51,921 bases of DNA from Tolypothrix carrinoi HA7290-LM1 (GTDB taxonomy: Bacteria > Cyanobacteriota > Cyanobacteriia > Cyanobacteriales > Nostocaceae), in NCBI GenBank assembly GCA_019358935.1, contig JAHHIK010000059.1:1-51921 (forward strand). The letters are read 5' to 3'. Position 1 is the stretch's first letter, and each line of letters starts with the position of its first letter. A model generated the notes under the pieces. That model was not told the origin of the DNA and made no database searches. It saw only the letters and a list, made by a program, of their open reading frames with translations. The translations under genes and the position numbers were made by a program. Of the stretch, positions 10,308-19,774 are shown in pieces.

Positions 10308-13300
10308 ATGACGAGCAGTTACAGTGCCGATCAGATTCAAGTTCTGGAAGGTCTGGAACCCGTCCGCAAACGACCGGGGATGTACATCGGTACCACTGGT
10401 CCAAAGGGACTTCATCATCTAGTTTACGAGGTGGTGGACAATTCCGTTGATGAGGCTTTGGCTGGGTACTGTACCCATGTGGAGGTGGAAATCAATGCCG
10501 ATGGTTCTGTGACGGTAACAGATGACGGTCGCGGTATTCCCACCGATACTGTCTCTAAGACGGGAAAATCAGCACTAGAAACGGTGATGACGGTACTCCA
10601 CGCTGGAGGTAAATTTGGCGGCGGTGGTTACAAAGTTTCTGGGGGATTGCACGGAGTTGGTATTTCTGTTGTCAACGCTCTATCTGAGATGGTTGAAGTT
10701 ACAGTTTGGCGAGATAAAAAAGTCCATGTCCAACGCTTTGAACGCGGTATTCCGGTTACTGAAATGAAAGTGAAGCCGTTGAAAGAAGCAAGAACCGGAA
10801 CTTCTATCACCTTCAAGCCAGATGAGCAAATCTTCACTACGGGTATTGAGTTTGATTACATCACTTTATCAGGTCGTCTGCGGGAATTGGCATATCTGAA
10901 TGCAGGTGTGAAAATTACCTTCACCGATAACCGTTTAGAATTACTTAAAAGCGATACCCCCAAGGTAGAAACGTATGAGTATAAGGGCGGTATCAAAGAG
11001 TATATCGCCTATATTAACCGCGATAAGCAGCCACTGCATGAAGAAATTATCTTTGTGCAGGGGGAACGTAACAACGTGCAAGTCGAGGTGGCTTTGCAAT
11101 GGTGTACAGATGCCTACACGGATAACTTGTTAGGATTTGCGAATAATATTCGCACGGTTGATGGTGGTACGCACCTTGAGGGTTTGAAGACGGTTCTGAC
11201 TCGCACCTTGAATGCGATCGCCCGCAAGCGCAATAAAATTAAAGACAACGAACCAAACCTCAGCGGTGAACACGTCCGTGAAGGTTTAACAGCGGTAATT
11301 TCCGTCAAAGTCCCCGAACCGGAATTTGAAGGACAAACTAAAACCAAACTCGGTAACACCGAAGTCCGGGGAATTGTCGATTCTCTTGTAGGTGAAGTTC
11401 TCACCGAGTACTTAGAATTTCGCCCTGGTGTTGCCGATGCTGTTTTAGATAAAGCCATCCAAGCTTTCAAAGCCGCAGAAGCAGCGCGTCATGCACGGGA
11501 ATTAGTCCGCCGCAAATCAGTACTGGAATCGTCGCCATTACCCGGTAAATTGGCAGATTGTAGCTCCAGAGATCCCGGTGAATCGGAGATTTTCATCGTC
11601 GAAGGCGATTCAGCCGGTGGATGTTTTTATTTATACACAAGAATTTTACTTACTGATGGACGTGTACTTACGCTAAAAGAGATTATAGACGAGCAAGAAC
11701 AAGGTAAACAGAACTTCTGTTACACCATTAGGGAGAGTGGCAACATAGGTGTAGAACGGATTATTAATGCCAGAAAGACTAAGGAAAATACGGAAGTTGT
11801 GAAACTGACCTTGGACAACGGCGAAACAATTATCTGCACGCCAGATCATCCCTTTATGTTGCGAGATGGTAGTTATAAAGCAGCAGAATTACTGACTCCC
11901 CAAGACTCGCTGATGCCCATACATCGCAAAATTTCCCAGAAAAATGAACGAGGAACTGGGCTGAATGGCTACGAAATGGTTTGGAATCCGTTGAAAGATA
12001 CATGGATTTACACCCATTTATTAGCAGATTTCTATAACCTTGAGCATGGTGTTTATCAGTCTTCAGGTAGATGTCATCGTCACCATGTCGATTTCAATAA
12101 ACTGAACAACAATCCGACAAACATCAAGCAAATGTCGCCGGAAGCGCACTTAGAACTGCATCGGCAAAACTTGGAAAAGACATTACATCGACCAGATGTA
12201 ATTGAAAAAAGCCGCCAAATTCATCAAAGTGAAGAATTTCGCGCTTTTATGAGCGAACGGATGCAGCAAGAACAAACGCGGCAAATTCTCTCAGAACAAG
12301 CGAAAGCGCAGTGGGAAGATGAAGTCTACAAGGCTTATATGCTTGCTAAATGGCGTGAATTTTATGAAAGTAATGAGACTTATCGGCAAGAAAATAGCGA
12401 GCAACTCAATCGAGCGCAACAAGAGTATTGGAGTGATGAAGCAAATCGTCTAACTCAATCTCAACGAGTGCGCGAGTACTTTGAAAATAATCCGATAAGA
12501 AGAAAGGTACTTTCGGAATTAGCGAAAAAACAATGGGAAGACAAAGATTTGTTAGATTGGCGGCGAGAAAAAACTAAGGAACAATGGACGTGGGAATTTC
12601 GCCTGCAACGTCGTGAAGCGTTAGAGAAAACCTACTATTTCAAAACTATTGCTGCTTTGAAGGAAGTAGAACTGCAACTTGGCTGTTTGGATTTGGAAGC
12701 TTATCAGTGTTATCGGAAGCGAACACGCGACAAATCTATGCTGCGTTGGGAGACTTTTTGCGATCGCTATTTTCATGGTAATCGCAGCCGAGCGCGTGAA
12801 GCCGTGAAAAATTATAACCATCGCGTTGTTTCTATCGAACGCTTGGAAGAAAGAATGGATGTTTACGATATCGAAGTTCCTAACTCTCACAACTTTGCTT
12901 TGGCAAGTGGTGTGTTTGTGCATAACAGCGCTAAACAAGGACGCGATCGCCGAACTCAAGCCATCCTTCCCCTACGTGGTAAAATCCTGAATATCGAAAA
13001 AACCGACGATGCCAAAATCTACAAAAACAACGAAGTTCAATCGTTGATTACGGCGCTTGGTTTGGGTGTAAAAGGTGATGAATTCGACTCTAGCCAACTG
13101 CGTTATCACCGCATAGTCATCATGACAGACGCTGACGTAGATGGAGCGCACATCCGAACACTGTTGTTAACTTTCTTTTATCGGTATCAGCGATCGCTTA
13201 TCGAACAGGGTTTCATATATATTGCTTGTCCGCCACTATATAAAGTAGAGCGGGGACGCAATTATTACTACTGTTATAGCGATCGCGAACTGCAACAGCG

Positions 13301-13550
13301 CATTGCCGAGTTTCCCGAAAATGCCAACTACACCATCCAACGGTTCAAAGGTTTGGGGGAAATGATGCCAGAACAACTCTGGACAACAACAATGAACCCA
13401 GAAACCCGCACCTTCAAACAAGTGGAAATTGAGGATGCAGCCGAAGCCGATCGCATTTTCACTATTTTAATGGGCGATCGCGTCGCACCGAGGCGTGAAT
13501 TCATTGAAACCTACGGTTCTAAACTTGACCTCACAGATTTAGACATCTAA
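10308..13550 (+). CDS. gyrB: DNA gyrase subunit B, intein-containing
   Basis: AGGAG RBS before ATG 10308; VRKRPGMYIG, GGLHGVG, EGDSAGG/SAKQGR split by an intein, MTDADVDG, QRFKGLGEM. Confidence 0.97.
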   Translation: MTSSYSADQIQVLEGLEPVRKRPGMYIGTTGPKGLHHLVYEVVDNSVDEALAGYCTHVEVEINADGSVTVTDDGRGIPTDTVSKTGKSALETVMTVLHAGGKFGGGGYKVSGGLHGVGISVVNALSEMVEVTVWRDKKVHVQRFERGIPVTEMKVKPLKEARTGTSITFKPDEQIFTTGIEFDYITLSGRLRELAYLNAGVKITFTDNRLELLKSDTPKVETYEYKGGIKEYIAYINRDKQPLHEEIIFVQGERNNVQVEVALQWCTDAYTDNLLGFANNIRTVDGGTHLEGLKTVLTRTLNAIARKRNKIKDNEPNLSGEHVREGLTAVISVKVPEPEFEGQTKTKLGNTEVRGIVDSLVGEVLTEYLEFRPGVADAVLDKAIQAFKAAEAARHARELVRRKSVLESSPLPGKLADCSSRDPGESEIFIVEGDSAGGCFYLYTRILLTDGRVLTLKEIIDEQEQGKQNFCYTIRESGNIGVERIINARKTKENTEVVKLTLDNGETIICTPDHPFMLRDGSYKAAELLTPQDSLMPIHRKISQKNERGTGLNGYEMVWNPLKDTWIYTHLLADFYNLEHGVYQSSGRCHRHHVDFNKLNNNPTNIKQMSPEAHLELHRQNLEKTLHRPDVIEKSRQIHQSEEFRAFMSERMQQEQTRQILSEQAKAQWEDEVYKAYMLAKWREFYESNETYRQENSEQLNRAQQEYWSDEANRLTQSQRVREYFENNPIRRKVLSELAKKQWEDKDLLDWRREKTKEQWTWEFRLQRREALEKTYYFKTIAALKEVELQLGCLDLEAYQCYRKRTRDKSMLRWETFCDRYFHGNRSRAREAVKNYNHRVVSIERLEERMDVYDIEVPNSHNFALASGVFVHNSAKQGRDRRTQAILPLRGKILNIEKTDDAKIYKNNEVQSLITALGLGVKGDEFDSSQLRYHRIVIMTDADVDGAHIRTLLLTFFYRYQRSLIEQGFIYIACPPLYKVERGRNYYYCYSDRELQQRIAEFPENANYTIQRFKGLGEMMPEQLWTTTMNPETRTFKQVEIEDAAEADRIFTILMGDRVAPRREFIETYGSKLDLTDLDI
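11622..12926 (+). mobile_element. GyrB intein (435 aa) with HNH homing endonuclease
   Basis: Begins CF after EGDSAGG; block B CTPDHPF; HHVDFNKLNNNPTN..H; block F VYDIEVPNSHNF; ends VHN followed by Ser. Confidence 0.95.
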
Positions 13551-13589
13551 AAAGTGTGAAGGGTAAGGATTAAGAATGAGTAACTTCTT

Positions 13590-14810
13590 TTACCTTGAGA
13601 TGAGGTGTTGCCAAGTCCAAGTCGCGATCGCCCAATCTTCTTGAGTATGTATCACAAGTACCCGCACACCCGATTCAGTGGTAGCAATATCCTCATCAAT
13701 CGGTTTGCGGGTATTTTTTTCTGGGTCAATTTTCATACCCAAAAATCCAAAGGCATCACAAGCAGCTTGGCGAATTGCTGGAGAATTTTCACCTACACCG
13801 GCGGTAAACACCAAAGCATCTAATCCCCCCAGACTGGCAAGCATTGCCCCAATCCCAGAACGCAAGCGATGTACGTACATATTCCAAGCTAGTTGGGCGC
13901 GATAATTGCCTTGGGCGATCGCCTCCATAACTTGCGGCAAATCGCTGGATACACCCGAAATTCCACGCAAGCCCGAAGCTTTATTTAAAACATAATCTAA
14001 GCGCTCGGCAGAGTAATTTGATTGCCGCAACAGATGAATCAAAATGCCCGGATCGACCGAACCAGAACGGCTGCCCATCATCAATCCATCCAGGGGTGTA
14101 AACCCCATTGTCGTATCAACACTGCGACCGTTTTTAATTGCTGCCAAAGAGCAACCATTGCCTAAATGACAGGTGATTATCCGTAAAGAAGCTAAATCTC
14201 GATTGAGAATCCCAGCCGCACGTTTAGAGCAGTATTCGTGACTGATACCATGAAAGCCGTAGCGACGGATACCTTGTTCTATCCATTCGTAGGGACCGGG
14301 ATAAATTGCCGCTGCATCGGGGATATGCGAATGAAAACCCGTATCAAAAACTGCCACTTGGGGTATATTTCCCAAGCTTTTCTCAATCGCTTCTATTCCT
14401 TCCAAAGCGGCTGGATTATGTGCCGGAGCGAGGTTAGAAAGACGAGCGATCGCCTTTTTCACTTCATCAGTAATTACCACACTAGCACGGTAATCTTGCC
14501 CACCATGTACCACCCGATGTCCCACCCCGTCGATCTCTGAAAGCTGACTAATCACCTTCGTGGAACCGCGAGTCAAGGTATGAAGCATATAAGCGACGTG
14601 TGCAGGTCGCGAATCAGCGTAGATTTCTTCCTCCAGCACCCCACCCGTAGCTGATTTCACGTTGATTTCTGCCACACCGCGATCTTGAGTCCATTTAACT
14701 TTACCTTCCCAAAGCGGTTCGAGTGGTTCTGTAGGCAAAGCTGATTCTGTTATTTCATACAGACAACTCTTTTGGCTGCTAGATCCGGCATTCAGTACCA
14801 ATATTTTCAT
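13590..14810 (-). CDS. ackA: Acetate kinase
   Basis: VLNAGSSS, GHRVVHGG, RRYGFHG, HLGNG, TMGFTPL, FTAGVGEN. Confidence 0.96.
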   Translation of the reverse strand: MKILVLNAGSSSQKSCLYEITESALPTEPLEPLWEGKVKWTQDRGVAEINVKSATGGVLEEEIYADSRPAHVAYMLHTLTRGSTKVISQLSEIDGVGHRVVHGGQDYRASVVITDEVKKAIARLSNLAPAHNPAALEGIEAIEKSLGNIPQVAVFDTGFHSHIPDAAAIYPGPYEWIEQGIRRYGFHGISHEYCSKRAAGILNRDLASLRIITCHLGNGCSLAAIKNGRSVDTTMGFTPLDGLMMGSRSGSVDPGILIHLLRQSNYSAERLDYVLNKASGLRGISGVSSDLPQVMEAIAQGNYRAQLAWNMYVHRLRSGIGAMLASLGGLDALVFTAGVGENSPAIRQAACDAFGFLGMKIDPEKNTRKPIDEDIATTESGVRVLVIHTQEDWAIATWTWQHLISR

Positions 14811-14914
14811 CGCTTTTTGTTGCCAGCAAGGTTTGTGAGCTATAGTTAGCGGTTCTCGAAGCTGCTTGATAAACTCTCTGTTAAAAGTTTAGTCAAAGGC
14901 AAAAGATAAAAGCT

Positions 14915-15180
14915 ATGAAGAAGCAATTATTATTGGCTCTGATGTTATTTGCTTTTATTTTTCCATCGTCCATTGCACAAAGCGAAAGATACAAGTCTTA
15001 ATTCTTTACAACAAGAAGCTACAACCGGACAGCTTTTACTTGCTAGATGGCGATTGACTCCACGACGGCAAAATCAACGGCGGATTGGCAAACGACGGGG
15101 TATAAAACGATTAAATCTCCGGCGACTGATTCCAAGACGAAGTGTCAAAAAACAAAGCCGGATGAGAATAAATCTCCTAA
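14915..15180 (+). pseudogene. 5' part of a small secreted Arg-rich protein gene, interrupted by the composite element (3' part at 18183-18241)
   Basis: Signal peptide MKKQLLLALMLFAFIFPSSIAQ, one extra A near 14981, then AKDTSLNSLQQE...RLTPRRQNQRR...RLNLRRLIPRR; continues in frame after 18182 as RFSPRKLIQRRVRRQKKGD*. Confidence 0.7.
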
Positions 15181-15360
15181 GCTCGACAAAATCCAAAATT
15201 CAGAACTCGGTTTTCTTTATCCAGCAAAAAGCTGGCAGTGAAGTGCAAATACTTTTTCTACGTCACAGATTATTGATGAAGTTCAAAAAGTAAAACTACC
15301 GTCCCACAGTGGTTTCAGTGATAGCGATCGCGTTGCGAAAAAAAATGGATTTTGTCGAGC
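15181..15360. mobile_element. MITE copy 1 (180 bp)
   Basis: Perfect 15-bp TIR GCTCGACAAAATCCA / TGGATTTTGTCGAGC; interior homologous to 18001-18179. Confidence 0.88.
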
Positions 15361-15467
15361 TTAGATGAGGCCATTACAAATGCCCTTAATGCAGTCACCA
15401 AAAAAGACATTATTGGATGGTTCACCCACTGCTGTTACTATATTTCACCCAACTGAGAATCGCTATA
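15361..15467 (+). mobile_element. IS630-family transposase 3' remnant with right end
   Basis: LDEAITNALNAVTKKDIIGWFTHCCYYISPN* followed by GAATCGCTATA, typical of cyanobacterial IS630 C-termini and ends. Confidence 0.75.
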
Positions 15468-15769
15468 GATCCACAAGCCCGCAAGAGCCACTCCGCGTTG
15501 CCGCCTCATCGCAACGAGTTGTTAAATCCTGGAAACCCAGATACGGCGTTCAAGAACCATCCATGCAAAAACTTATACTAAGGATACAAAACTCAACCCG
15601 TTAGACCGTAAAAGTAAAATATAATTCAATTGCGTTGATCCAAAAATGGACGGAGTACTTGGTTCTAAATCAATGGCGACTTCACTCAAACTACATCTCT
15701 GGGGAATTTGCGTCTGTTCACTAGAGCTTTAAGTTACTGCTTTATAAATATCAAAAAACTGAGGTCTTT

Positions 15770-17248
15770 ATGGGACAACCCATTTTTTCAAGCGGGCGAC
15801 TTCCAACACATCATGAAGGAATGCTAATTGTAAAGATGCGTTCGTCAGCCAGTCCTAGGGCAGCAATGGCTGTAACTCGAGAAACGGGGAGTTTGCTAGA
15901 ATCGCCGGGCTTGTTTGCTCTCTCGACGTTTGAGCGAGCCGGTTTAATCAAGCAAGTGACTCCTCTTGCTCGTCAGACTGAGGAGGAAATGCCTGCTTTA
16001 GGAATGCGACGCGTGATGACTGCCCTAGCCGCTAGCGCTGAGCGCGTACCTCCCGCAAACTCCAATGCGGGCGTAAGTATCATCGAGTTAGAGCGAGAGC
16101 GTGACGTCCCAGAGCTTCAAATCGCCCTGGCTAAAGATCCGAATGTAGAGTTTGTCTCGCGGGTTCCGGTTCGTTATTTGGTTTCACTAAATGTTCGCCC
16201 AGGACGGGTTCGCCCCAACCCAGTTCCCTCCGACGATCAACCGAGTAGCTCAAGCGCGGGTATTTTGGCTGTACCTCCTTCGACTATGTGGAATCTGAGC
16301 AAGATTAGTTGGGCAGAGGCAAGAGCACTTCAGGGCTTCAAGGAGGCTACCGACATTCGGGTAGCAGTGCTCGATACCGGTATTGATACTGCTCACCCAG
16401 ATTTGAAGGAGCGGGTGAGCAGTTATGTCTTTGAACACCCCGACTTGCCACTTGCTTCAGGTGAACGTGACATCATCGGTCACGGCACGCACGTTGCAGG
16501 TACAATCGCGGCTCTGGTTAATAACGACCTCGGCATTAATGGTATCTGTGAGTGCAAATTGCATATCTGGAAGATCTTCGATGACGAGTCTGATTTCATT
16601 TCATTTCGCGACGGATTTGCGTATTTTGTCGAACCTGTAATGTACCTACGGGCACTCGCTGACTGCTTGGATCAAGGTGTTGACGTAATCAACCTGAGCA
16701 TTGGTGGACCGGGAAGACCTGACGCTCAAGAACAGGCGCTGTTCGATGCTTTACTAGCTAATGGCACAACTATCGTCGCAGCGATGGGAAATGAACGAAT
16801 GGAAGGAAGCCCTACCTCATATCCGGCAGCAATCCCCGGCGTAATTGCCGTTGGTGCTACAAGTATCAACGATACCGTGGCAAACTTCTCAAACCGTGGG
16901 AATCATATCTCGCTCTCTGCTCCTGGCGTAGGGATCTGGTCTACCCTGCCAACTTATCCTGGTCAGTTTGGATTCGAGGCCATTCCAGGAGCAGACGGTC
17001 GCCCAATTGAGGGTAAACCGCTCCGCCGCGAAACGGATTATGATGCATGGAACGGCACCTCAATGGCTACTCCCAACGTTGTCGGTGCGGTAGCCCTGCT
17101 GCTGGCTAACAAAGGTAAGATGAGCGCTGATTCAGTGCGAATTCAGCTGACGAACACTGCGGACAAGGTGGCGGGGATGAGGGGCAGGAACTTTTCTCCT
17201 GATTACGGTGCAGGGAGACTAAATTTACTCCGCCTCTTGAGTGAGTAA
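15770..17248 (+). CDS. S8 subtilisin-like serine protease with N-terminal prodomain
   Basis: Catalytic motifs VAVLDTG, GHGTHVAG, GTSMATP and oxyanion AAMGN; GAGG RBS; no obvious signal peptide. Confidence 0.93.
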   Translation: MGQPIFSSGRLPTHHEGMLIVKMRSSASPRAAMAVTRETGSLLESPGLFALSTFERAGLIKQVTPLARQTEEEMPALGMRRVMTALAASAERVPPANSNAGVSIIELERERDVPELQIALAKDPNVEFVSRVPVRYLVSLNVRPGRVRPNPVPSDDQPSSSSAGILAVPPSTMWNLSKISWAEARALQGFKEATDIRVAVLDTGIDTAHPDLKERVSSYVFEHPDLPLASGERDIIGHGTHVAGTIAALVNNDLGINGICECKLHIWKIFDDESDFISFRDGFAYFVEPVMYLRALADCLDQGVDVINLSIGGPGRPDAQEQALFDALLANGTTIVAAMGNERMEGSPTSYPAAIPGVIAVGATSINDTVANFSNRGNHISLSAPGVGIWSTLPTYPGQFGFEAIPGADGRPIEGKPLRRETDYDAWNGTSMATPNVVGAVALLLANKGKMSADSVRIQLTNTADKVAGMRGRNFSPDYGAGRLNLLRLLSE

Positions 17249-17254
17249 GATTAT

Positions 17255-17683
17255 TCAGAGCAATCGACGCTCCGCTGGAGTAGATGCAGATTCAATCTCC
17301 GGCAGTGCTGACAAGCGCTTTAGTAGCGCTTCTATATCCATGTTGTTACTAACATATGCATAGCACATCCGGAGAATTTCAGGACGTTTGGCGTCAGGCT
17401 TGAGGCGTGCCGTTTTGCTGATTCCATCCCAGGTTTCAATCTGCGCCAGAATGGCATCTTGCCGTTCTGGCGACACATTAGGTCGGAAATTGAACATCAC
17501 TGAACGCATTGGAATAACCTTCTTGTAGGGAACATTCCTAACAATGAGTGGATTTTCTACTGCAAGGAACCCAGCTAGCTGCAATGTTAAGTTGGCAGCA
17601 GTAGCAGTATGAGTCCATTTGAATAGGGCTGGGTAAATGGCTAATAAGCTTATTAAACTTAGGCAGCAGATCAGGCGTTTCAT
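17255..17683 (-). CDS. Secreted protein resembling a stand-alone subtilase propeptide (candidate protease inhibitor)
   Basis: Signal-like N-terminus; VMFNFRPNVSPERQDAIL...DIEALLKRLSALPEIESA..RRL pattern resembles S8 prodomains. Function inferred. Confidence 0.6.
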   Translation of the reverse strand: MKRLICCLSLISLLAIYPALFKWTHTATAANLTLQLAGFLAVENPLIVRNVPYKKVIPMRSVMFNFRPNVSPERQDAILAQIETWDGISKTARLKPDAKRPEILRMCYAYVSNNMDIEALLKRLSALPEIESASTPAERRLL

Positions 17684-17790
17684 AACGCTATCTCAAACCT
17701 ATACATAGTAGTTACGTAATTAAGCAGTGTTGAAAACTTTAACTGATCTAATTTTTATTGATGATTAACTTTAATCTAACCTAGGTTTGG

Positions 17791-17985
17791 TGTAGAGCGA
17801 CAGATTATTTGACCGCAGCGACAAATTACAAGTCAACTTCTTTGTGCTTGTAAGCTTTACTGTAGGGGAGTTTGATTTTTAGAGTTTCTGACATGAAGTT
17901 GTAGAAATTGCAAAGAACAGATGCAGAAGGATTTAGATGGAGACAAACAATCTGACGCTCTGGTCAAATAATTCGTCGCTCTACA
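17791..17985. mobile_element. Miniature Tn7/CAST-like element consisting of paired TnsB-type ends
   Basis: TGTAGAGCGACAGATTATTTGACC ... GGTCAAATAATTCGTCGCTCTACA; TGT/ACA termini, two repeated GACA.ATTATTTG.C-like sites per end. Confidence 0.75.
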
Positions 17986-18000
17986 ATAGCCTTTAGCTTA

Positions 18001-18179
18001 GCTCGACTTTATCCAAAATTAACAACTCGGCTTTCTTTATCCGGCAAAAACCCTAGCAGTGAAGTGCAAATACTTTTTCCATGTCACTGATTCTCGATAA
18101 AATTAAAACACTAAAACTACCGTCCTACAAGGGTTTCAGCGTCAGCCTTTAGGTTTCGTAAAAATGGATTTTGTCGAGC
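18001..18179. mobile_element. MITE copy 2 (179 bp), same orientation as copy 1
   Basis: GCTCGACtttATCCA ... TGGATTTTGTCGAGC; shares GCAGTGAAGTGCAAATACTTTTTC and TAAAACTACCGTCC with copy 1. Confidence 0.88.
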
Positions 18180-18232
18180 TAAGGTTTAGCCCGCGAAAGC
18201 TGATTCAACGACGAGTTAGAAGACAGAAAAAA

Positions 18233-18612
18233 GGCGATTAAAATCGCGACTACACAGACAAAACCCACCTGCGTGGGTTTGAAAGCATTCATTTTTTCTT
18301 AAGTCCGCGTAGGCGGTGAGTCCAGCGCTCCTGGTTTCCCTCTTTTTGCAAAGACGCTGCTTTGTGAACGTGCCGGCAAGTCGCGAGGAGCGAAGGGACT
18401 TTGTTTGTATAGCCAAGCCAGTGCGTTGGTGAAGCAGCGCGGTCTTGGGGAGGCAGTGCGTTGGGGAGGCAGTGCGTTGGACGGGTTTCCCGGCTTGAAG
18501 CATCTGCCGTCGGCGGAGCCGACAGTCACGCACCTGCCGTGGTTTCCCCCATGAGCGACTGCACCAAAGGGTTTCCCGGCTTGAAGCATCTGGCGCGCGA
18601 ATTCTATTCGCC
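18233..18612. repeat. Cluster of REP-like and nested small dispersed repeats
   Basis: AAACCCACCTGCGTGGGTTT hairpin; repeated GGCAGTGCGTTGG starts and GGGTTTCCCGGCTTGAAGCATCTG ends. Confidence 0.8.
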
Positions 18613-18652
18613 AGGGCTTGGTATCTTTTACTCTTTAGCTTGAATAACTATC

Positions 18653-19660
18653 CTAAGCGGCGCCGACTTTAACGTTTGCTTCTAGAGTAGTTAATCTTTC
18701 GGCAAGTAGTTTTTCTAGGCTTTCCAATGCTTTGGTGAAGCCTTCGATACCTTCTGCTAGTTTATCGAATGCCATGCGATCGCTCTTGTGCATTTTTTCA
18801 AAGATACCTTTGTCCATCGGTGTTTTTTCGATATTCATCTTCGGTGCATTCTTCGGATCGAGTTTGCGTGGCAATGCGTTTGTAGTCGATTGCAACTCAG
18901 TCAAAAGTGCCGGAGAAATCGTCAACAAATCACAACCAGCTAATTCAGTAATTTCACCAATGTTACGGAAACTAGCTCCCATAACTTCAGTTTTGTAGCC
19001 GAACTTCTTATAGTAGTTGTAGATTGTTGTCACAGACAAAACACCGGGGTCTTCGTGTGCGGGATAGCTATCGCGTCCGGTGTCTTTCTTGTACCAGTCG
19101 AGAATCCGCCCGACAAACGGAGAAATTAGAGTAACACCAGCTTCTGCACAAGCGATCGCCTGATGAATCCCAAACAATAAAGTCAGGTTACAGTGAATAC
19201 CTTCTTTCTCCAAAATTTCCGCAGCGCGAATGCCTTCCCAAGTAGCGGCTATTTTGATGAGAACGCGATCGCGTCCAACTCCAGCGGCTTTGTATTGAGC
19301 AATCAATTCCCGCGCTTTATTCACCGTCGCCTCAGTATCATACGACAAACGCGCATCTACTTCCGTAGACACCCGACCGGGAATGATTTGCAAAATCTTC
19401 AATCCAAACGACACCGCCAAACGGTCAAACGCCATCATGACTATTTGCGCTTGGCTTGCGCTCGATCCTGCATCTTTCTTTGCTTGGAGTAATGTCTGAT
19501 CGACAATTTCCTGATATTCTGGCATCTGTGCCGCAGCAGTAATCAGGGATGGATTTGTCGTCGCATCTTGGGGCTTAAACTTCTCAATTGCCTGAATATC
19601 TCCCGTATCTGCCACGACAACGGTCATTGACCGCAATTGTTCCAGTAAATTTTTAGACAT
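18653..19660 (-). CDS. tal: Transaldolase
   Basis: [52 protein letters not shown]. Confidence 0.97.
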   Translation of the reverse strand: MSKNLLEQLRSMTVVVADTGDIQAIEKFKPQDATTNPSLITAAAQMPEYQEIVDQTLLQAKKDAGSSASQAQIVMMAFDRLAVSFGLKILQIIPGRVSTEVDARLSYDTEATVNKARELIAQYKAAGVGRDRVLIKIAATWEGIRAAEILEKEGIHCNLTLLFGIHQAIACAEAGVTLISPFVGRILDWYKKDTGRDSYPAHEDPGVLSVTTIYNYYKKFGYKTEVMGASFRNIGEITELAGCDLLTISPALLTELQSTTNALPRKLDPKNAPKMNIEKTPMDKGIFEKMHKSDRMAFDKLAEGIEGFTKALESLEKLLAERLTTLEANVKVGAA

Positions 19661-19774
19661 ACATACTCCGTGAATGTTGTTTGCTTAGGATTTACTCATT
19701 CCCTTTTTCTTGACATCCTTCGCTGCACCTTCAATTCCAATTGTGGCAACTTTTCTTCACAATTGCCCATATCG

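Noticed and set aside
17791..17985. Complete CAST or Tn7 system
   Set aside because: No tnsB, tnsC, tniQ, cas12k or array in the window; only the ends are present.
18216..18643. ORFs across the nested repeat cluster
   Set aside because: Explained by GC-rich repeats; no protein-like features.
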